DNA of 64,000 bases, taken from contig JAUYMS010000048.1 of the NCBI GenBank assembly GCA_030698625.1, positions 154,404-218,403 on the forward strand, written 5' to 3'. Both the position numbers and the translations under genes were made by a program. Position 1 is the stretch's first letter. Each line of letters opens with the position of its first letter. The DNA is from Candidatus Omnitrophota bacterium. Lineage in GTDB: Bacteria; Omnitrophota; Omnitrophia; Omnitrophales; Aquincolibacteriaceae. The notes beneath the pieces are model-generated. The model had not been told where the DNA came from and did no database searches. It was given only the letters and a program-made list of their open reading frames with translations. Shown piece by piece: positions 20,051 through 30,397 of the stretch.

Positions 20051-20057
20051 TTCCGGC

Positions 20058-22058
20058 ATGGCGCTGTTTCATCTAAAATCCGAGATGACGCCGAAAGGCG
20101 ACCAACCGCAAGCGATCGAGAAGCTGGTCGCCGGTTTAAGGGCTAAAAAAAGGGAACAGGTGCTCGTCGGTGTTACCGGTTCTGGCAAAACCTTTACCAT
20201 GGCCGGCGTGATCGCCCAAGCCGACAGACCCGCCCTGGTCATTTCTCATAACAAGACGCTCGCGGCTCAACTGTACTCCGAACTCAAAGAGTTTTTCCCC
20301 GATAATGCTGTGGAGTACTTCGTCTCCTATTACGATTACTATCAGCCGGAGGCTTACATTGCTCACACGGATACCTATATCGAAAAGGATGCCTCCATCA
20401 ACGATAATCTTGACCGTCTTCGCCTTGCCGCGACCAGTTCTGTGCTGTCTCGCAGGGACTGTATTATTGTTGCCAGCGTTTCATGTATCTACGGCCTGGG
20501 CGCTCCCGAAGACTGGCAGGGGCTGCTCGTGCAAGTGGAGCGCGGCTCGGATTGGGACCGCGACAAATTCCTAGCAGAACTTGTAGGGATCCAATATGAG
20601 AGGGTTGACGCAGAATTGAAGCGGGGGTCTTTTCGCGTTCGCGGTGACCGCGTCGATCTCTATCCTGCGTATGGGGAGAATCCTCATCGATTCGAATTTG
20701 ATGACGACACCATAAAAAAAATTACCGTTCTCGACGCTGTGCATTTCAAACCTTTAAAAGAATTAGAACGGCTGGCGATCTATCCCGCTAAGCACTTCGT
20801 GACAACTTCCGAGCGCTTGCAGGATGCTATGGGGAATATCCGAACCGAGCTTGCCGGCCGCGTTAAGGAACTGATTCGTGACGGCAAGGAACTTGAAGCC
20901 AAACGCCTCGAGTCGAGGACGCGTTATGATTTAGAGATGCTGCGCGAAGTCGGGTATTGCAGCGGCATTGAGAATTACTCGAGACACTTAAGCGGCCGCG
21001 AGGCAGGATCAACTCCGTATTCGCTTTTGGATTATTTTCCCGCCGACTTTCTGACGCTTATCGACGAATCGCATCAGTGCATTCCGCAGATACGCGGCAT
21101 GTATCAGGGTGACCTCTCTCGGAAAAAAGTGCTCGTGGAACACGGCTTCCGTCTTCCCTCAGCTCTGGACAATCGCCCATTGCGTTTTCCGGAATTCGAA
21201 AAGAAGGTAGGCCAAAAAATATATGTCTCCGCAACTCCCGGCCCTTATGAAATGGAGCGTGCGGAGCAAATCGTGGAGCAAATCATCCGTCCGACCGGAC
21301 TCATTGATCCTGAAATTGAAGTGCGCCCATCAGAAGGGCAAATTGACGATCTTATTTCTGAAATCAAGAAGCGGGCAGAGAAGAAGGAGAGAACGCTTAT
21401 TACGACGCTCACTAAAAAGATGGCCGAAGACCTCAGCCGGTATCTGCGCGAGCTCGCGGTAAAGGTAAATTATATTCATTCAGAATTTAATGCTTTTGAG
21501 CGCATGGAAATTTTGCGGGATCTTCGCTTACAGAAGTACGACTGTGTCATTGGCGTGAATCTTTTGCGGGAAGGTCTTGATTTGCCCGAGGTCTCGCTCG
21601 TCATTGTGCTCGATGCCGACAAAGAAGGATTTCTGCGGAACGATGTCTCGTTGATCCAAGTCGCGGGCCGAGCTGCAAGGCATATCAATGGCCGGGTCAT
21701 TATGTACGCCGACCGTGTTACGGGTTCGATGGAACGCGCTGTCAAGGAAACGGGGCGACGCCGCGAAATTCAGGAAGCGTACAATAAGAAGCACAAAATC
21801 CAGCCCGTGAGTATTCGCAAGGAGATTCGTGAGGGGATCGAAAAGTGGAAGAACGCCGAGACCCTAGTTTCGGACGTCATTGGGGAAACAAAAAAGGAGT
21901 ATCAGACCAAAACCTATCTTACCTATCTTAAAAGTAAAATGGAAAGCGCTGCTCGGGCCTTGGAATTTGACAAGGCCGCTCGCTATCGGGATGAGATTCG
22001 GCGGATCGAGTCCAAGGAGGGCCTGGGGGGGAGTGTATTAGCTCCAAAAGCTAAGTAA
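20058..22058 (+). CDS. uvrB: Excinuclease ABC subunit B
   Basis: [28 protein letters not shown]. Confidence 0.97.
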   Translation: MALFHLKSEMTPKGDQPQAIEKLVAGLRAKKREQVLVGVTGSGKTFTMAGVIAQADRPALVISHNKTLAAQLYSELKEFFPDNAVEYFVSYYDYYQPEAYIAHTDTYIEKDASINDNLDRLRLAATSSVLSRRDCIIVASVSCIYGLGAPEDWQGLLVQVERGSDWDRDKFLAELVGIQYERVDAELKRGSFRVRGDRVDLYPAYGENPHRFEFDDDTIKKITVLDAVHFKPLKELERLAIYPAKHFVTTSERLQDAMGNIRTELAGRVKELIRDGKELEAKRLESRTRYDLEMLREVGYCSGIENYSRHLSGREAGSTPYSLLDYFPADFLTLIDESHQCIPQIRGMYQGDLSRKKVLVEHGFRLPSALDNRPLRFPEFEKKVGQKIYVSATPGPYEMERAEQIVEQIIRPTGLIDPEIEVRPSEGQIDDLISEIKKRAEKKERTLITTLTKKMAEDLSRYLRELAVKVNYIHSEFNAFERMEILRDLRLQKYDCVIGVNLLREGLDLPEVSLVIVLDADKEGFLRNDVSLIQVAGRAARHINGRVIMYADRVTGSMERAVKETGRRREIQEAYNKKHKIQPVSIRKEIREGIEKWKNAETLVSDVIGETKKEYQTKTYLTYLKSKMESAARALEFDKAARYRDEIRRIESKEGLGGSVLAPKAK

Positions 22059-22063
22059 ATTTA

Positions 22064-22093
22064 TTGACAGCACTTCTGTGGCCCGCCTATAAT
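22064..22093 (+). promoter_or_regulatory. Consensus sigma70 promoter (leaderless start at ATG 22101)
   Basis: TTGACA-N18-TATAAT; ATG 7 nt after the -10, no SD. Confidence 0.8.
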
Positions 22094-22100
22094 TTGAGTT

Positions 22101-22739
22101 ATGGAATCCCCCCTCAAATGGTTTGAAGATCATCGTGTCGTTGCGGTGATTCGTTCCAGTTCTGTCGATAGCGCTGATGCCATGATTCAGGCCGCAATAG
22201 CCGGGGGCGTTCGCATCTTTCAGATCTCCACGCAGACCCCGCAGGCCATTCGTCTTATTGAGACCTATTCCAAGAAGCAGGACATTCTCGTCGGGGCAGG
22301 GTCGGTCAGTGACGGAGAGGCCACGCAACGGGCTATCAATGCTGGGGCCCGGTTCGTCTTAACCCCCTATACAGATCGCGATATCATCAGTGTCGCTAAG
22401 AATAACGACACGTTTGTAATCCAAGGCGCCCTCACGCCGACGGAAGCCGTTGATGCCCATCATCTGGGCGCAGACCTCATTATGATTTACCACGCCGAAA
22501 TGGCAGGCGGCCCCCAATATCTTAAAACCCTCCGAAACTTTGCACCGTTTCTCAAGCTGGCTGCCGCCGGGGGTGTAACCACTGACAATTTTCATGAATA
22601 TCTCAAATACGGCGTTGCGACCTTTATGCGCCGGTCTATTTTTGCTAAGCCATTGGTCAGGTCGAACAACTGGGCCGAGATTACGCAAAACGCCCGAAAA
22701 GTCACTGAAAAGCTCGAATCCCTTAAGGTTTCCCGCTAA
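22101..22739 (+). CDS. KDPG/KHG aldolase (Eda)-like protein lacking catalytic Lys and Glu
   Basis: VAVIR, GAGSV, AGARFV.TP, G.LTPTE, GGV framework; Glu->Gln41 and Lys->Met128. Confidence 0.8.
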   Translation: MESPLKWFEDHRVVAVIRSSSVDSADAMIQAAIAGGVRIFQISTQTPQAIRLIETYSKKQDILVGAGSVSDGEATQRAINAGARFVLTPYTDRDIISVAKNNDTFVIQGALTPTEAVDAHHLGADLIMIYHAEMAGGPQYLKTLRNFAPFLKLAAAGGVTTDNFHEYLKYGVATFMRRSIFAKPLVRSNNWAEITQNARKVTEKLESLKVSR

Positions 22740-22762
22740 GCCAGCAACCTCGCGTTAGACGT

Positions 22763-22789
22763 TCAAGTTATTTCATAGAAACAACTTAC
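22763..22789. promoter_or_regulatory. Recurrent upstream motif, copy 1 (IHF-like imperfect palindrome)
   Basis: AAGTTATTTCATAGAAACAACTT-AC; same 23-bp core length as copies at 35425 and 50783. Confidence 0.5.
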
Positions 22790-22837
22790 GATTTTAAAAT
22801 CCCCTCGTCGGGGTGTCGATGACGCCCCTGACTTCAA

Positions 22838-22865
22838 TTGACATCTTGGGGTAGATGATTATAAT
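22838..22865 (+). promoter_or_regulatory. sigma70 promoter upstream of the hydrolase-like/ilv operon
   Basis: TTGACA-N16-TATAAT. Confidence 0.65.
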
Positions 22866-22914
22866 AAACCTTGTCTTAGTAGACAGTTACGACAATCGTA
22901 TTGCAGTTTGAAAT

Positions 22915-22950
22915 CACCCCCGCGAGTTGGACATCGGGGGTGTTTGTCAC
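22915..22950 (+). terminator. Leader terminator/attenuator hairpin
   Basis: CACCCCCG-N12-CGGGGGTG followed by TTTGTCACTTTG. Confidence 0.5.
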
Positions 22951-22996
22951 TTTGTGTCTTCACTGGCCATTCCACTTAAGGAGAAAATCACAGACT

Positions 22997-23800
22997 GTGG
23001 GTATTGCTGCACGCAGGAGGAGTGCGTTTGTCCTCTTTTTTGTTTTTTTGACGGTGCCGCATGTGTCGATGGCTGACACCTTTTTTGGTGTCGTGCCGAC
23101 CGGCTTGGTGGAGCTTCAGGATTACAAGTATCCAGTCTACCTCTTCGTGCCGAAGAATTATAAACCCGACCGTGATTACTCGCTTATTATTACAGTACCG
23201 GGTGAAGGGGAGTCTCCGGAAAAGAATATTCAGTTCTGGACGGGTGTTGCAAAGCGAAGATCCATGCTTGTTTTAGCACCTACGAATATATGGCCTGAAG
23301 AGCTGCCGTACACGGTTGATTCTTGGTTGCTTGGTATCAAAAAGGATGTCATGGCCCGGTACCGGATTTCATCCGAAAAGATTTTTTTGATCGGGAAAGA
23401 GGGGGGTTCTCACTATGCCTCCTATTTGGGAACGAAGTATCCTGAGGAGTTTTCGGCCGTAGCGCTGTTGGGTGGTTCATGGAGCGGGAAGTTTCAAAAA
23501 CTTATTCGTCCCGAAAGCAAATCGCGCAAGCAGCGGCCCTTTTTTGTGGCGCTGAAGCCGGACCAGTCGGAGCTCATGGCTGAGACGCAGGAGATAGCAA
23601 AGCAGTTTGAGGATAAGGGATATCCGGTTTATTTGATCAAGCTGGAAGTCGGAGAAGAGTTTGAGAGTGCTGAATTCAAAAAGCGGTTGCTGTCATGGCT
23701 GGAAGAAAACGCCGAGAATTGGCAACGTGTCGTTTCGGAAAACCGGAAGTCTTGGAAAGAAAAAATGGCATTATGGATTAACAACCTATTGCATGTTTAG
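22997..23800 (+). CDS. Exported alpha/beta-hydrolase-fold (esterase/peptidase-like) protein without nucleophile Ser
   Basis: Signal peptide ending SMA, YLFVP.NY.P, FLIGKEGG at the elbow position, YPEEFSAVA; start uncertain (GTG 22997 after AAGGAG). Confidence 0.65.
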   Translation: MGIAARRRSAFVLFFVFLTVPHVSMADTFFGVVPTGLVELQDYKYPVYLFVPKNYKPDRDYSLIITVPGEGESPEKNIQFWTGVAKRRSMLVLAPTNIWPEELPYTVDSWLLGIKKDVMARYRISSEKIFLIGKEGGSHYASYLGTKYPEEFSAVALLGGSWSGKFQKLIRPESKSRKQRPFFVALKPDQSELMAETQEIAKQFEDKGYPVYLIKLEVGEEFESAEFKKRLLSWLEENAENWQRVVSENRKSWKEKMALWINNLLHV

Positions 23801-23824
23801 CGTAAAGGTAAAGGTGGCGTTGAG

Positions 23825-25507
23825 ATGAAATTGACCGGTGCACAGATTATGATCAAATCTCTGGAAGCAGAAGGTGTGGACTATGTGTTCGGTCTCCCCG
23901 GAGGCGCGATCCTCCCGACTTTTGATGCCTTATACGATTCCAAAAAGCTCAAGTTTATCTTGGTGCGCCACGAACAAGGCGCCTCTCACATGGCCGATGG
24001 GTATGGGCGCGCTACGGGGCGCCCCGGTGTTTGCCTGGTGACCTCAGGACCGGCAGCAACGAATACCGTGACAGGGCTTGCGACGGCCTATATGGATTCA
24101 GCGCCTATGGTTTGCATTACAGGCCAGGTAGCGACGGGTGTGATCGGCAGTGATGCATTTCAGGAAGCAGATGTCTGCGGCATTACGCGACCGGTCACAA
24201 AACACAATTATTTAATTAAGGACGTCCGCGACGTCGCGCGTACGGTTAAAGAGGCATTTTATATCGCGAAGACGGGTCGTCCGGGACCTGTTCTGATTGA
24301 TTTTCCGGTGGATGTCTCTCGCGCTACGACAGAGTTTGACTATCCGGATTCGGTGGACATTCGCGGCTACGAAGTTCCCTCAAAAGGGAATCCTGTCAAT
24401 ATTCAGCGAGCCGCTGATCTAATCAATAAAAGCAAAAGGCCCTGCCTCTACGTCGGCGGCGGTGCAGTCGTTTCCGGTGCGCAAAAGGAAGTCGTCGAAT
24501 TGGTCGAGAAGACCGGAATTCCGATTACGACGACAGTCCTAGGTTTGGGAATATTCCCCGAGAATCATCCCTCGTCGCTGCGCATGCTGGGAATGCACGG
24601 CACAGTGTATGCGAACTATACTGTGCAGCGCTCGGACCTACTTATCGCAATCGGCGCGCGGTTTGACGACCGTGTTACGGGTAATATTCAAAAGTTCTGC
24701 CCGCAGGCCAAGATTATTCATGTGGATATTGATCCCGCATCGATTTCTAAGACCGTTCACGTTGACGTTGACATTGTCGGCGACGTTAAACCCGTGTTGA
24801 AGCAACTCAATAAGTTGGTGACAAACCGGCGCGGCAAGATTCGAGACTGGTTGAAGCAAGTGCAGGAGTGGAAGGACAAGCATCCGCTTAAATATCGCAA
24901 AGAGACTCAGGAACTCCAACAAGAACACATTATTCGGAAAATAGGTGAGATTACGAAACACAACGCGGTTGTCGCGACGGGAGTGGGTCAACATCAGATG
25001 TGGACAGCCCAATGGTATCAATTTGCCGCGCCGCGGAGCATGATTACCTCAGGAGGTCTTGGCACCATGGGTTACGGTTTTCCTGCTGCGATCGGAGCGC
25101 AACTCGGTCGGCCGGGTGAGACGGTTGTTTGTATTGACGGCGACGGGTCTACGCAAATGACCATGTGTGAACTTGCGACTGCCGCCTATTACAAAATTCC
25201 GGTCAAGCTGTTTATCATGGATAACGAGCATCATGGCATGGTGCGCCAATGGCAGGAACTCTTCTATCGTGAACGTTATTCGGGATCACAGACCGGGCCA
25301 TCGAACCCCAACTTTATTAAGCTTGCTGATGGGTATGGCGTGCAGGCGTTCAGTATGACCCAAAAGGAAGACGTGGAAAAGGTTATCAAACAAGCGCTGG
25401 CTCATAAGGGACCGGTGCTCGTGCATTGCCGCGTGGAAAAAAAGGGTAACGTGTATCCTATGGTTCCCGCAGGTCACGCGCTCGATCAAGTTATGGATAT
25501 GGCGTAA
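23825..25507 (+). CDS. ilvB: Acetolactate synthase large subunit
   Basis: RHEQGA, TSGP.ATN, RFDDR, SGGLGTMG, GDG, GMVRQWQ. Confidence 0.96.
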   Translation: MKLTGAQIMIKSLEAEGVDYVFGLPGGAILPTFDALYDSKKLKFILVRHEQGASHMADGYGRATGRPGVCLVTSGPAATNTVTGLATAYMDSAPMVCITGQVATGVIGSDAFQEADVCGITRPVTKHNYLIKDVRDVARTVKEAFYIAKTGRPGPVLIDFPVDVSRATTEFDYPDSVDIRGYEVPSKGNPVNIQRAADLINKSKRPCLYVGGGAVVSGAQKEVVELVEKTGIPITTTVLGLGIFPENHPSSLRMLGMHGTVYANYTVQRSDLLIAIGARFDDRVTGNIQKFCPQAKIIHVDIDPASISKTVHVDVDIVGDVKPVLKQLNKLVTNRRGKIRDWLKQVQEWKDKHPLKYRKETQELQQEHIIRKIGEITKHNAVVATGVGQHQMWTAQWYQFAAPRSMITSGGLGTMGYGFPAAIGAQLGRPGETVVCIDGDGSTQMTMCELATAAYYKIPVKLFIMDNEHHGMVRQWQELFYRERYSGSQTGPSNPNFIKLADGYGVQAFSMTQKEDVEKVIKQALAHKGPVLVHCRVEKKGNVYPMVPAGHALDQVMDMA

Positions 25508-25536
25508 TTCTCGAAGGATAAAATAAAGGAGCGGCT

Positions 25537-26085
25537 ATGAGACATACAATTTCGGTTCTGGTTGAAAACCACTTCGGGGTGTTGGCCCGAGTGGCGGGTC
25601 TATTTTCGGCGCGAGGTTTCAATATCGACAGTTTGGCTGTCGGGGAGACTCAAGATCCCAGTGTTTCGCGTATGACAATCGTTGCGCGAGGAGATGATCG
25701 GATCCTGGATCAGATCACCAAACAACTCAACAAGCTTGTGGATGTGATTAAAGTTCAAAATCTGTCCGAAACGGACATGATCGATCGCGAACTCGTGTTG
25801 GTGAAAACCGACGCGAGTGCGGACAAGCGCGGCAACATCATGCAGATCGTAAATACGTTTCGCGCCAAGATCGTTGATGTGAGTCAGAGTTGCATGACCA
25901 TTGAGGTTACTGGCGGGGAAAGCAAGGTGGAAGCGATGCTGACACTATTGAGCCCCTTTGGCGTACGTGAAGTTGTTCGCACCGGTGTTATTGCGATGGC
26001 GAGAGCCAGTGAGCTCACGCCGCCAGCGCGCAGCAAAGCAAAGAAATCTGTTAAAAAGAAGGCCAAGTCGAAGGCCACAGTTTAA
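25537..26085 (+). CDS. ilvN: Acetolactate synthase small subunit with Lys-rich tail
   Basis: [32 protein letters not shown]. Confidence 0.95.
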   Translation: MRHTISVLVENHFGVLARVAGLFSARGFNIDSLAVGETQDPSVSRMTIVARGDDRILDQITKQLNKLVDVIKVQNLSETDMIDRELVLVKTDASADKRGNIMQIVNTFRAKIVDVSQSCMTIEVTGGESKVEAMLTLLSPFGVREVVRTGVIAMARASELTPPARSKAKKSVKKKAKSKATV

Positions 26086-26102
26086 AGGAGGAAGGATCAT
26101 AT

Positions 26103-27137
26103 ATGGCAAAGATTTATTATGACGAAGATGCAGACATTGGCCTTTTAAAGGGCAAGAAAATTGCGATTATCGGATATGGCATTCAGGGCCGCGGTCAGGG
26201 CCTCAATCTGCGTGACTCAGGTTTGGAAGTTATTGTCGGTCAGCGGAAGGGTTCGAAAAACTATGATCAAGCCGTGACTGACGGGTTTAAGCCTGTGACC
26301 GCCGACGAGGCGGCTGCGAGCGCAGATATTATCCAGATTCTCACGCAGGATCATTTGCAAGGCGAGATCTACGACAAAAATATTGCGCCGCATCTTAAAG
26401 CCGGTAAGGCGATGTTGTTCTCTCACGGATTTAATATTCATTTTGGGTACATCAAACCGCCGAAAGAGATTGATGTGTATATGATTGCACCCAAAGGTCC
26501 CGGCGCGCTGGTGCGCTCACAGTTTGAAGAAGGGGGCGGTGTGCCCTGTTTGGTTGCGATTTACCAGGATGCAACGGGTAATGCATTGAAATATGCTTTG
26601 GCTTACGCTAAGGCCATCGGGGGTACGCGTGCAGGAGTTATTGAAACCTCATTCCGGGAAGAGACGGAAACGGACCTCTTCGGGGAACAGGCTGTTTTGT
26701 GCGGCGGGCTCAGTGAATTGATCCGTGCCGGTTACGAAACCCTGGTCGAGGCTGGGTATCAACCTGAAATGGCGTACTTTGAGTGTTTGCACGAAGTAAA
26801 GCTCATCGTCGATGCCATCTTTGCCGAAGGCCTCAGCGGTATGCATCGGCGTGTGTCCGACACGGCTGAATACGGGGATTATACGCGCGGTAAGCGTGTT
26901 ATCGGTAATCAGGCGCGCTTGGAAATGAAGAAAATCCTTGAAGAGATCAAGTCTCGAGAATTTGCCAAAGAATGGATCGAAGAAAATAAAAAGGGCAGGC
27001 CGAATTTTAACAAGCTACGTGAAGCTTGTGATCACCACCCCGTCGAAAAAGTAGGCGCAGAATTGCGGTCTATGATGCATTGGATTAAGAACCCGAGCGG
27101 CCCCAAGCCTGCTCAGGAAGTTAAATCCGCGAAATGA
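26103..27137 (+). CDS. ilvC: Ketol-acid reductoisomerase
   Basis: [32 protein letters not shown]. Confidence 0.96.
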   Translation: MAKIYYDEDADIGLLKGKKIAIIGYGIQGRGQGLNLRDSGLEVIVGQRKGSKNYDQAVTDGFKPVTADEAAASADIIQILTQDHLQGEIYDKNIAPHLKAGKAMLFSHGFNIHFGYIKPPKEIDVYMIAPKGPGALVRSQFEEGGGVPCLVAIYQDATGNALKYALAYAKAIGGTRAGVIETSFREETETDLFGEQAVLCGGLSELIRAGYETLVEAGYQPEMAYFECLHEVKLIVDAIFAEGLSGMHRRVSDTAEYGDYTRGKRVIGNQARLEMKKILEEIKSREFAKEWIEENKKGRPNFNKLREACDHHPVEKVGAELRSMMHWIKNPSGPKPAQEVKSAK

Positions 27138-28687
27138 AAAAGAAGGGGCGAAAGATCTATATCTTTGATACTACGCTCCGAGATGGCGAGCAGTCCCCCG
27201 GCGCATCGCTTACGCCGGAGGAAAAGCTTAAGATCGCAAAGCAACTCGAACGTTTGAACGTTGACGTGATCGAAGCGGGATTTCCCGCCTCATCTCCCGG
27301 CGAGTTGCATGCCGTGCAACTCATTGCCGAGACTCTCCTCAAGCCTGTTATATGCGCACTTTCACGCATGCTGCCCCAAGACATCGATGCCTGTCGCAGA
27401 GCCTTAGAGAAGGCGAGGCGCAAAAGACTGCATGTCTTTCTGGCAACATCGCAGATTCACCGCCAGTACAAATTGCGGAAGGGCAAAAAGGAAATCTTGA
27501 AGATGGCTGTTGAGTGTATCCGTGCGGCGAGGAAAGACTTCGACGAGCTCGAGTTTTCACCGGAGGATGCTTCGAGGACGGAACCGAAATTTTTGCAGGA
27601 TGTGGTTCGTGCGGCGATCGATGCGGGAGCTACTTCGGTCAATATTCCGGATACGGTTGGGTACACGGTGCCCGCGGAATTCGGTGATCTCATTGCGACC
27701 CTTGTGCGAAAGAATCCGGAGCTCGGAAAAAAAGTAGTACTTTCCGTTCATTGTCATAATGATTTGGGACTTGCGACCGCCAATTCTCTGGCGGCTGTGT
27801 TGGCGGGAGCCAATCAGGTAGAATGTACCATTAACGGTATCGGAGAACGCGCCGGAAATGCCTCGCTCGAGGAAATCGTTATGGCGATTGAGATACGCAA
27901 GGATTTTACCAATTGCTACACAGATATCAAGACTCGCGAGATCTCAAAATCATCCCGATTGGTTTCACATTTGACGGGCATGGTGGTGCAGCCTAACAAG
28001 GCGATTGTCGGGCGAAATGCTTTTTGGCATGAATCCGGCATTCATCAGGACGGCGTTCTCAAGAAGCGCCAGACGTATGAGATTATCGATCCTAAGAAGA
28101 TCGGGTTGGCGGGCAATCACCTGATGCTGGGAAAACTCTCAGGGCGTCACGCTTTTCACGAGAGGGTGAAGAAGCTCGGCTTTCGGCTGAATGATGCGGA
28201 GCTTACCGCGGCATTCCGGGCCTTCAAGCAGCTTGCGGATAAGAAGAAATATGTTTTTGATGAGGATATCGAGGCGATCGTCGAGGACCTTATCGTCAAT
28301 ATCCCCGAAACGTGGAAGCTTGATTACCTGAGGGTCGTTACTGAGAGCGGTTGTCCTCCCCAAGCCGAAGTGAAGTTACAGTATAAGGACAGGGTGCAGT
28401 CTTCGCAGTCTGCCGGCGATGGTCCTGTCGATGCCTGTTACCGTGCTATTGAAATGATAGCAAAGTCCGGGGCAAGCCTTGCGCATTACGGACTCCAATC
28501 TGTCACGAGCGGTAAAGATGCTCAAGGTGAGGTCGTCGTTAAGCTTCAGGTTCCGGGTAGGGAAGTGACGGGGCGGGGAACAAGCACGGATATTATTGAG
28601 GCTAGTGTTAAAGCCTATCTGTTTGCTTTGAATAAGCTTTCGGCCGAGCCTTTTAGTCGAGGGACTTCAGAGCCGTCTCCGGTCTAA
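27134..28687 (+). CDS. leuA: 2-isopropylmalate synthase
   Basis: [34 protein letters not shown], regulatory domain. Confidence 0.95.
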   Translation: MKKKGRKIYIFDTTLRDGEQSPGASLTPEEKLKIAKQLERLNVDVIEAGFPASSPGELHAVQLIAETLLKPVICALSRMLPQDIDACRRALEKARRKRLHVFLATSQIHRQYKLRKGKKEILKMAVECIRAARKDFDELEFSPEDASRTEPKFLQDVVRAAIDAGATSVNIPDTVGYTVPAEFGDLIATLVRKNPELGKKVVLSVHCHNDLGLATANSLAAVLAGANQVECTINGIGERAGNASLEEIVMAIEIRKDFTNCYTDIKTREISKSSRLVSHLTGMVVQPNKAIVGRNAFWHESGIHQDGVLKKRQTYEIIDPKKIGLAGNHLMLGKLSGRHAFHERVKKLGFRLNDAELTAAFRAFKQLADKKKYVFDEDIEAIVEDLIVNIPETWKLDYLRVVTESGCPPQAEVKLQYKDRVQSSQSAGDGPVDACYRAIEMIAKSGASLAHYGLQSVTSGKDAQGEVVVKLQVPGREVTGRGTSTDIIEASVKAYLFALNKLSAEPFSRGTSEPSPV

Positions 28688-29592
28688 TGATGTCTCCTCA
28701 GGGAGAGTTCCAACTCTATGGAATTTTCGGGCATCCGCTCGAGCATACCCTTTCGCCTGCCATGCAGGAAGCGGCCATGGCAGGACTAGGCATCAAGGCG
28801 TTCTATCTCATTTTTGATTTGGACGGGGCGAACTTCAGACGCGCTATGCAATCCGTCGAGAAGTCAGGGTTGCGGGGTTTTAACGTCACGGTGCCGTACA
28901 AGGTGGATGTCATGCGGTACGTCGATGAGATTACCCGGGAAGCGCGCGCCGTCGGCGCGGTCAATACTGTTTATCGCCGCGGCGGCAAATGGCATGGCGC
29001 TAACACTGACGTTGAAGGATTTATGACCGCACTTCGCCGGGAGGCTAAATTCAATCCTCGCGGAAAAAAAGTCCTTGTGTTGGGAGCTGGTGGCGCGGCG
29101 CGCGCGGTGCTTTACGGCCTTGCTACGAATGGGGCATCCGAGATAACATTGCTGAATCGCACGCTGCGGCGTGGGGTTGATTGCGTGGGCCGTTTGAAAT
29201 CACATTTTCCGACAACACGCTATCGGGTGGGCCGTCTCGAGCGCCGTCGCTTGGCTGAGGAACTGTCAGATGTTGCGCTTGTTGTTAATGCAACATCTTT
29301 GGGGTTAAAACCTCGAGATCGTGCCTTGATTACTGAATCGCTCATTCCTCGCGCAACTCGAACGAAACGGATGACATTCTGCGATCTGATTTATTCTCCA
29401 CTTGAGACTCCTTTTCTAAAGGCTGCGAAGCGGCGGGGGCACCGTACATTGAACGGCGTCGGAATGTTGGCTTATCAAGGTGCTCGGGCATTGCAGTACT
29501 GGACGGGCCGCCGTCCACCGGTCGAGCTTATGCGCAGAACTGTGGCTGCCCGAGTTGAAAGCTTGTCCAAAGATATTCGGGGAAAAGTGTGA
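28687..29592 (+). CDS. aroE: Shikimate dehydrogenase
   Basis: H.LSP, NVTVPYK, GAVNT, NTD, GAGGAARA, GML..QG. Confidence 0.94.
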   Translation: MMSPQGEFQLYGIFGHPLEHTLSPAMQEAAMAGLGIKAFYLIFDLDGANFRRAMQSVEKSGLRGFNVTVPYKVDVMRYVDEITREARAVGAVNTVYRRGGKWHGANTDVEGFMTALRREAKFNPRGKKVLVLGAGGAARAVLYGLATNGASEITLLNRTLRRGVDCVGRLKSHFPTTRYRVGRLERRRLAEELSDVALVVNATSLGLKPRDRALITESLIPRATRTKRMTFCDLIYSPLETPFLKAAKRRGHRTLNGVGMLAYQGARALQYWTGRRPPVELMRRTVAARVESLSKDIRGKV

Positions 29593-30365
29593 TCGGATTT
29601 TTGCTTTTTAGTTGGGGCGCTATATTTGGAAGCTTTCTCAATGTGTGTATCCATCGGCTTCCGCGCGATCAGTCTATCGTGACTCCTCGTTCGCATTGCC
29701 CGAAATGTAAGACGCCGATCCAGTGGTACGATAATGTTCCCATCATAAGTTATCTTGTTCTTCGTGGGAAGTGTCGCGAGTGTCACGCCCCGATTTCATG
29801 GCGCTATGTTGTGACTGAAATTTTATCGGGCTGCGTCTGGTTGTTTTTGTGGCTGCATTTTGATTTTTCGGGTTGGTTCATCGCGGGCGTTACCCTGTTT
29901 TCAATTCTTTTGGCGTTATCGATCATTGATTTCGAGACCGGATACCTCCCCGACGTGCTCACATTTCCGGGAATGGGACTGGGTTTGATTTTGAGTGCTG
30001 CTTATCCGGCACTTCAAGGCCGCGAAGGCTGGTTTGACGGACTAATCAGCTCCGGCATTGGTCTTGTCGCAGGAGGGGCCATCTTGCTTGTAACGGGTGT
30101 TATCGGCAATCTTATTTTCAAGAAGGAAAGCATGGGTGGCGGAGACATCAAACTTCTGGCTATGATCGGGGCATTTTTGGGTTGGCAAGGTGCGCTGCTC
30201 GTCTTTTTTCTTTCGCCGATCGCGGCGTTGCCCCTAGCGCTCTATGAGCGGTATGTTCGCAAAGAGGAAACGATTCCCTTCGGGCCGTTTCTTGCGCTGG
30301 CCGGGGCAGGTATGTACTTGTTCGGTGATACGGTAGTGAATTTTTTGTTTCCCACTATTACCTAA
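29589..30365 (+). CDS. pilD: Type IV prepilin peptidase (A24) with Cys-rich N-domain
   Basis: GSFLNV.I.RLP, CxxC...CxxC, ID, MGGGDIKL, PFGPFL. Confidence 0.93.
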   Translation: MIGFLLFSWGAIFGSFLNVCIHRLPRDQSIVTPRSHCPKCKTPIQWYDNVPIISYLVLRGKCRECHAPISWRYVVTEILSGCVWLFLWLHFDFSGWFIAGVTLFSILLALSIIDFETGYLPDVLTFPGMGLGLILSAAYPALQGREGWFDGLISSGIGLVAGGAILLVTGVIGNLIFKKESMGGGDIKLLAMIGAFLGWQGALLVFFLSPIAALPLALYERYVRKEETIPFGPFLALAGAGMYLFGDTVVNFLFPTIT

Positions 30366-30397
30366 AAGATCGCAGTCGGTAAGAAACGGAGTCAATT

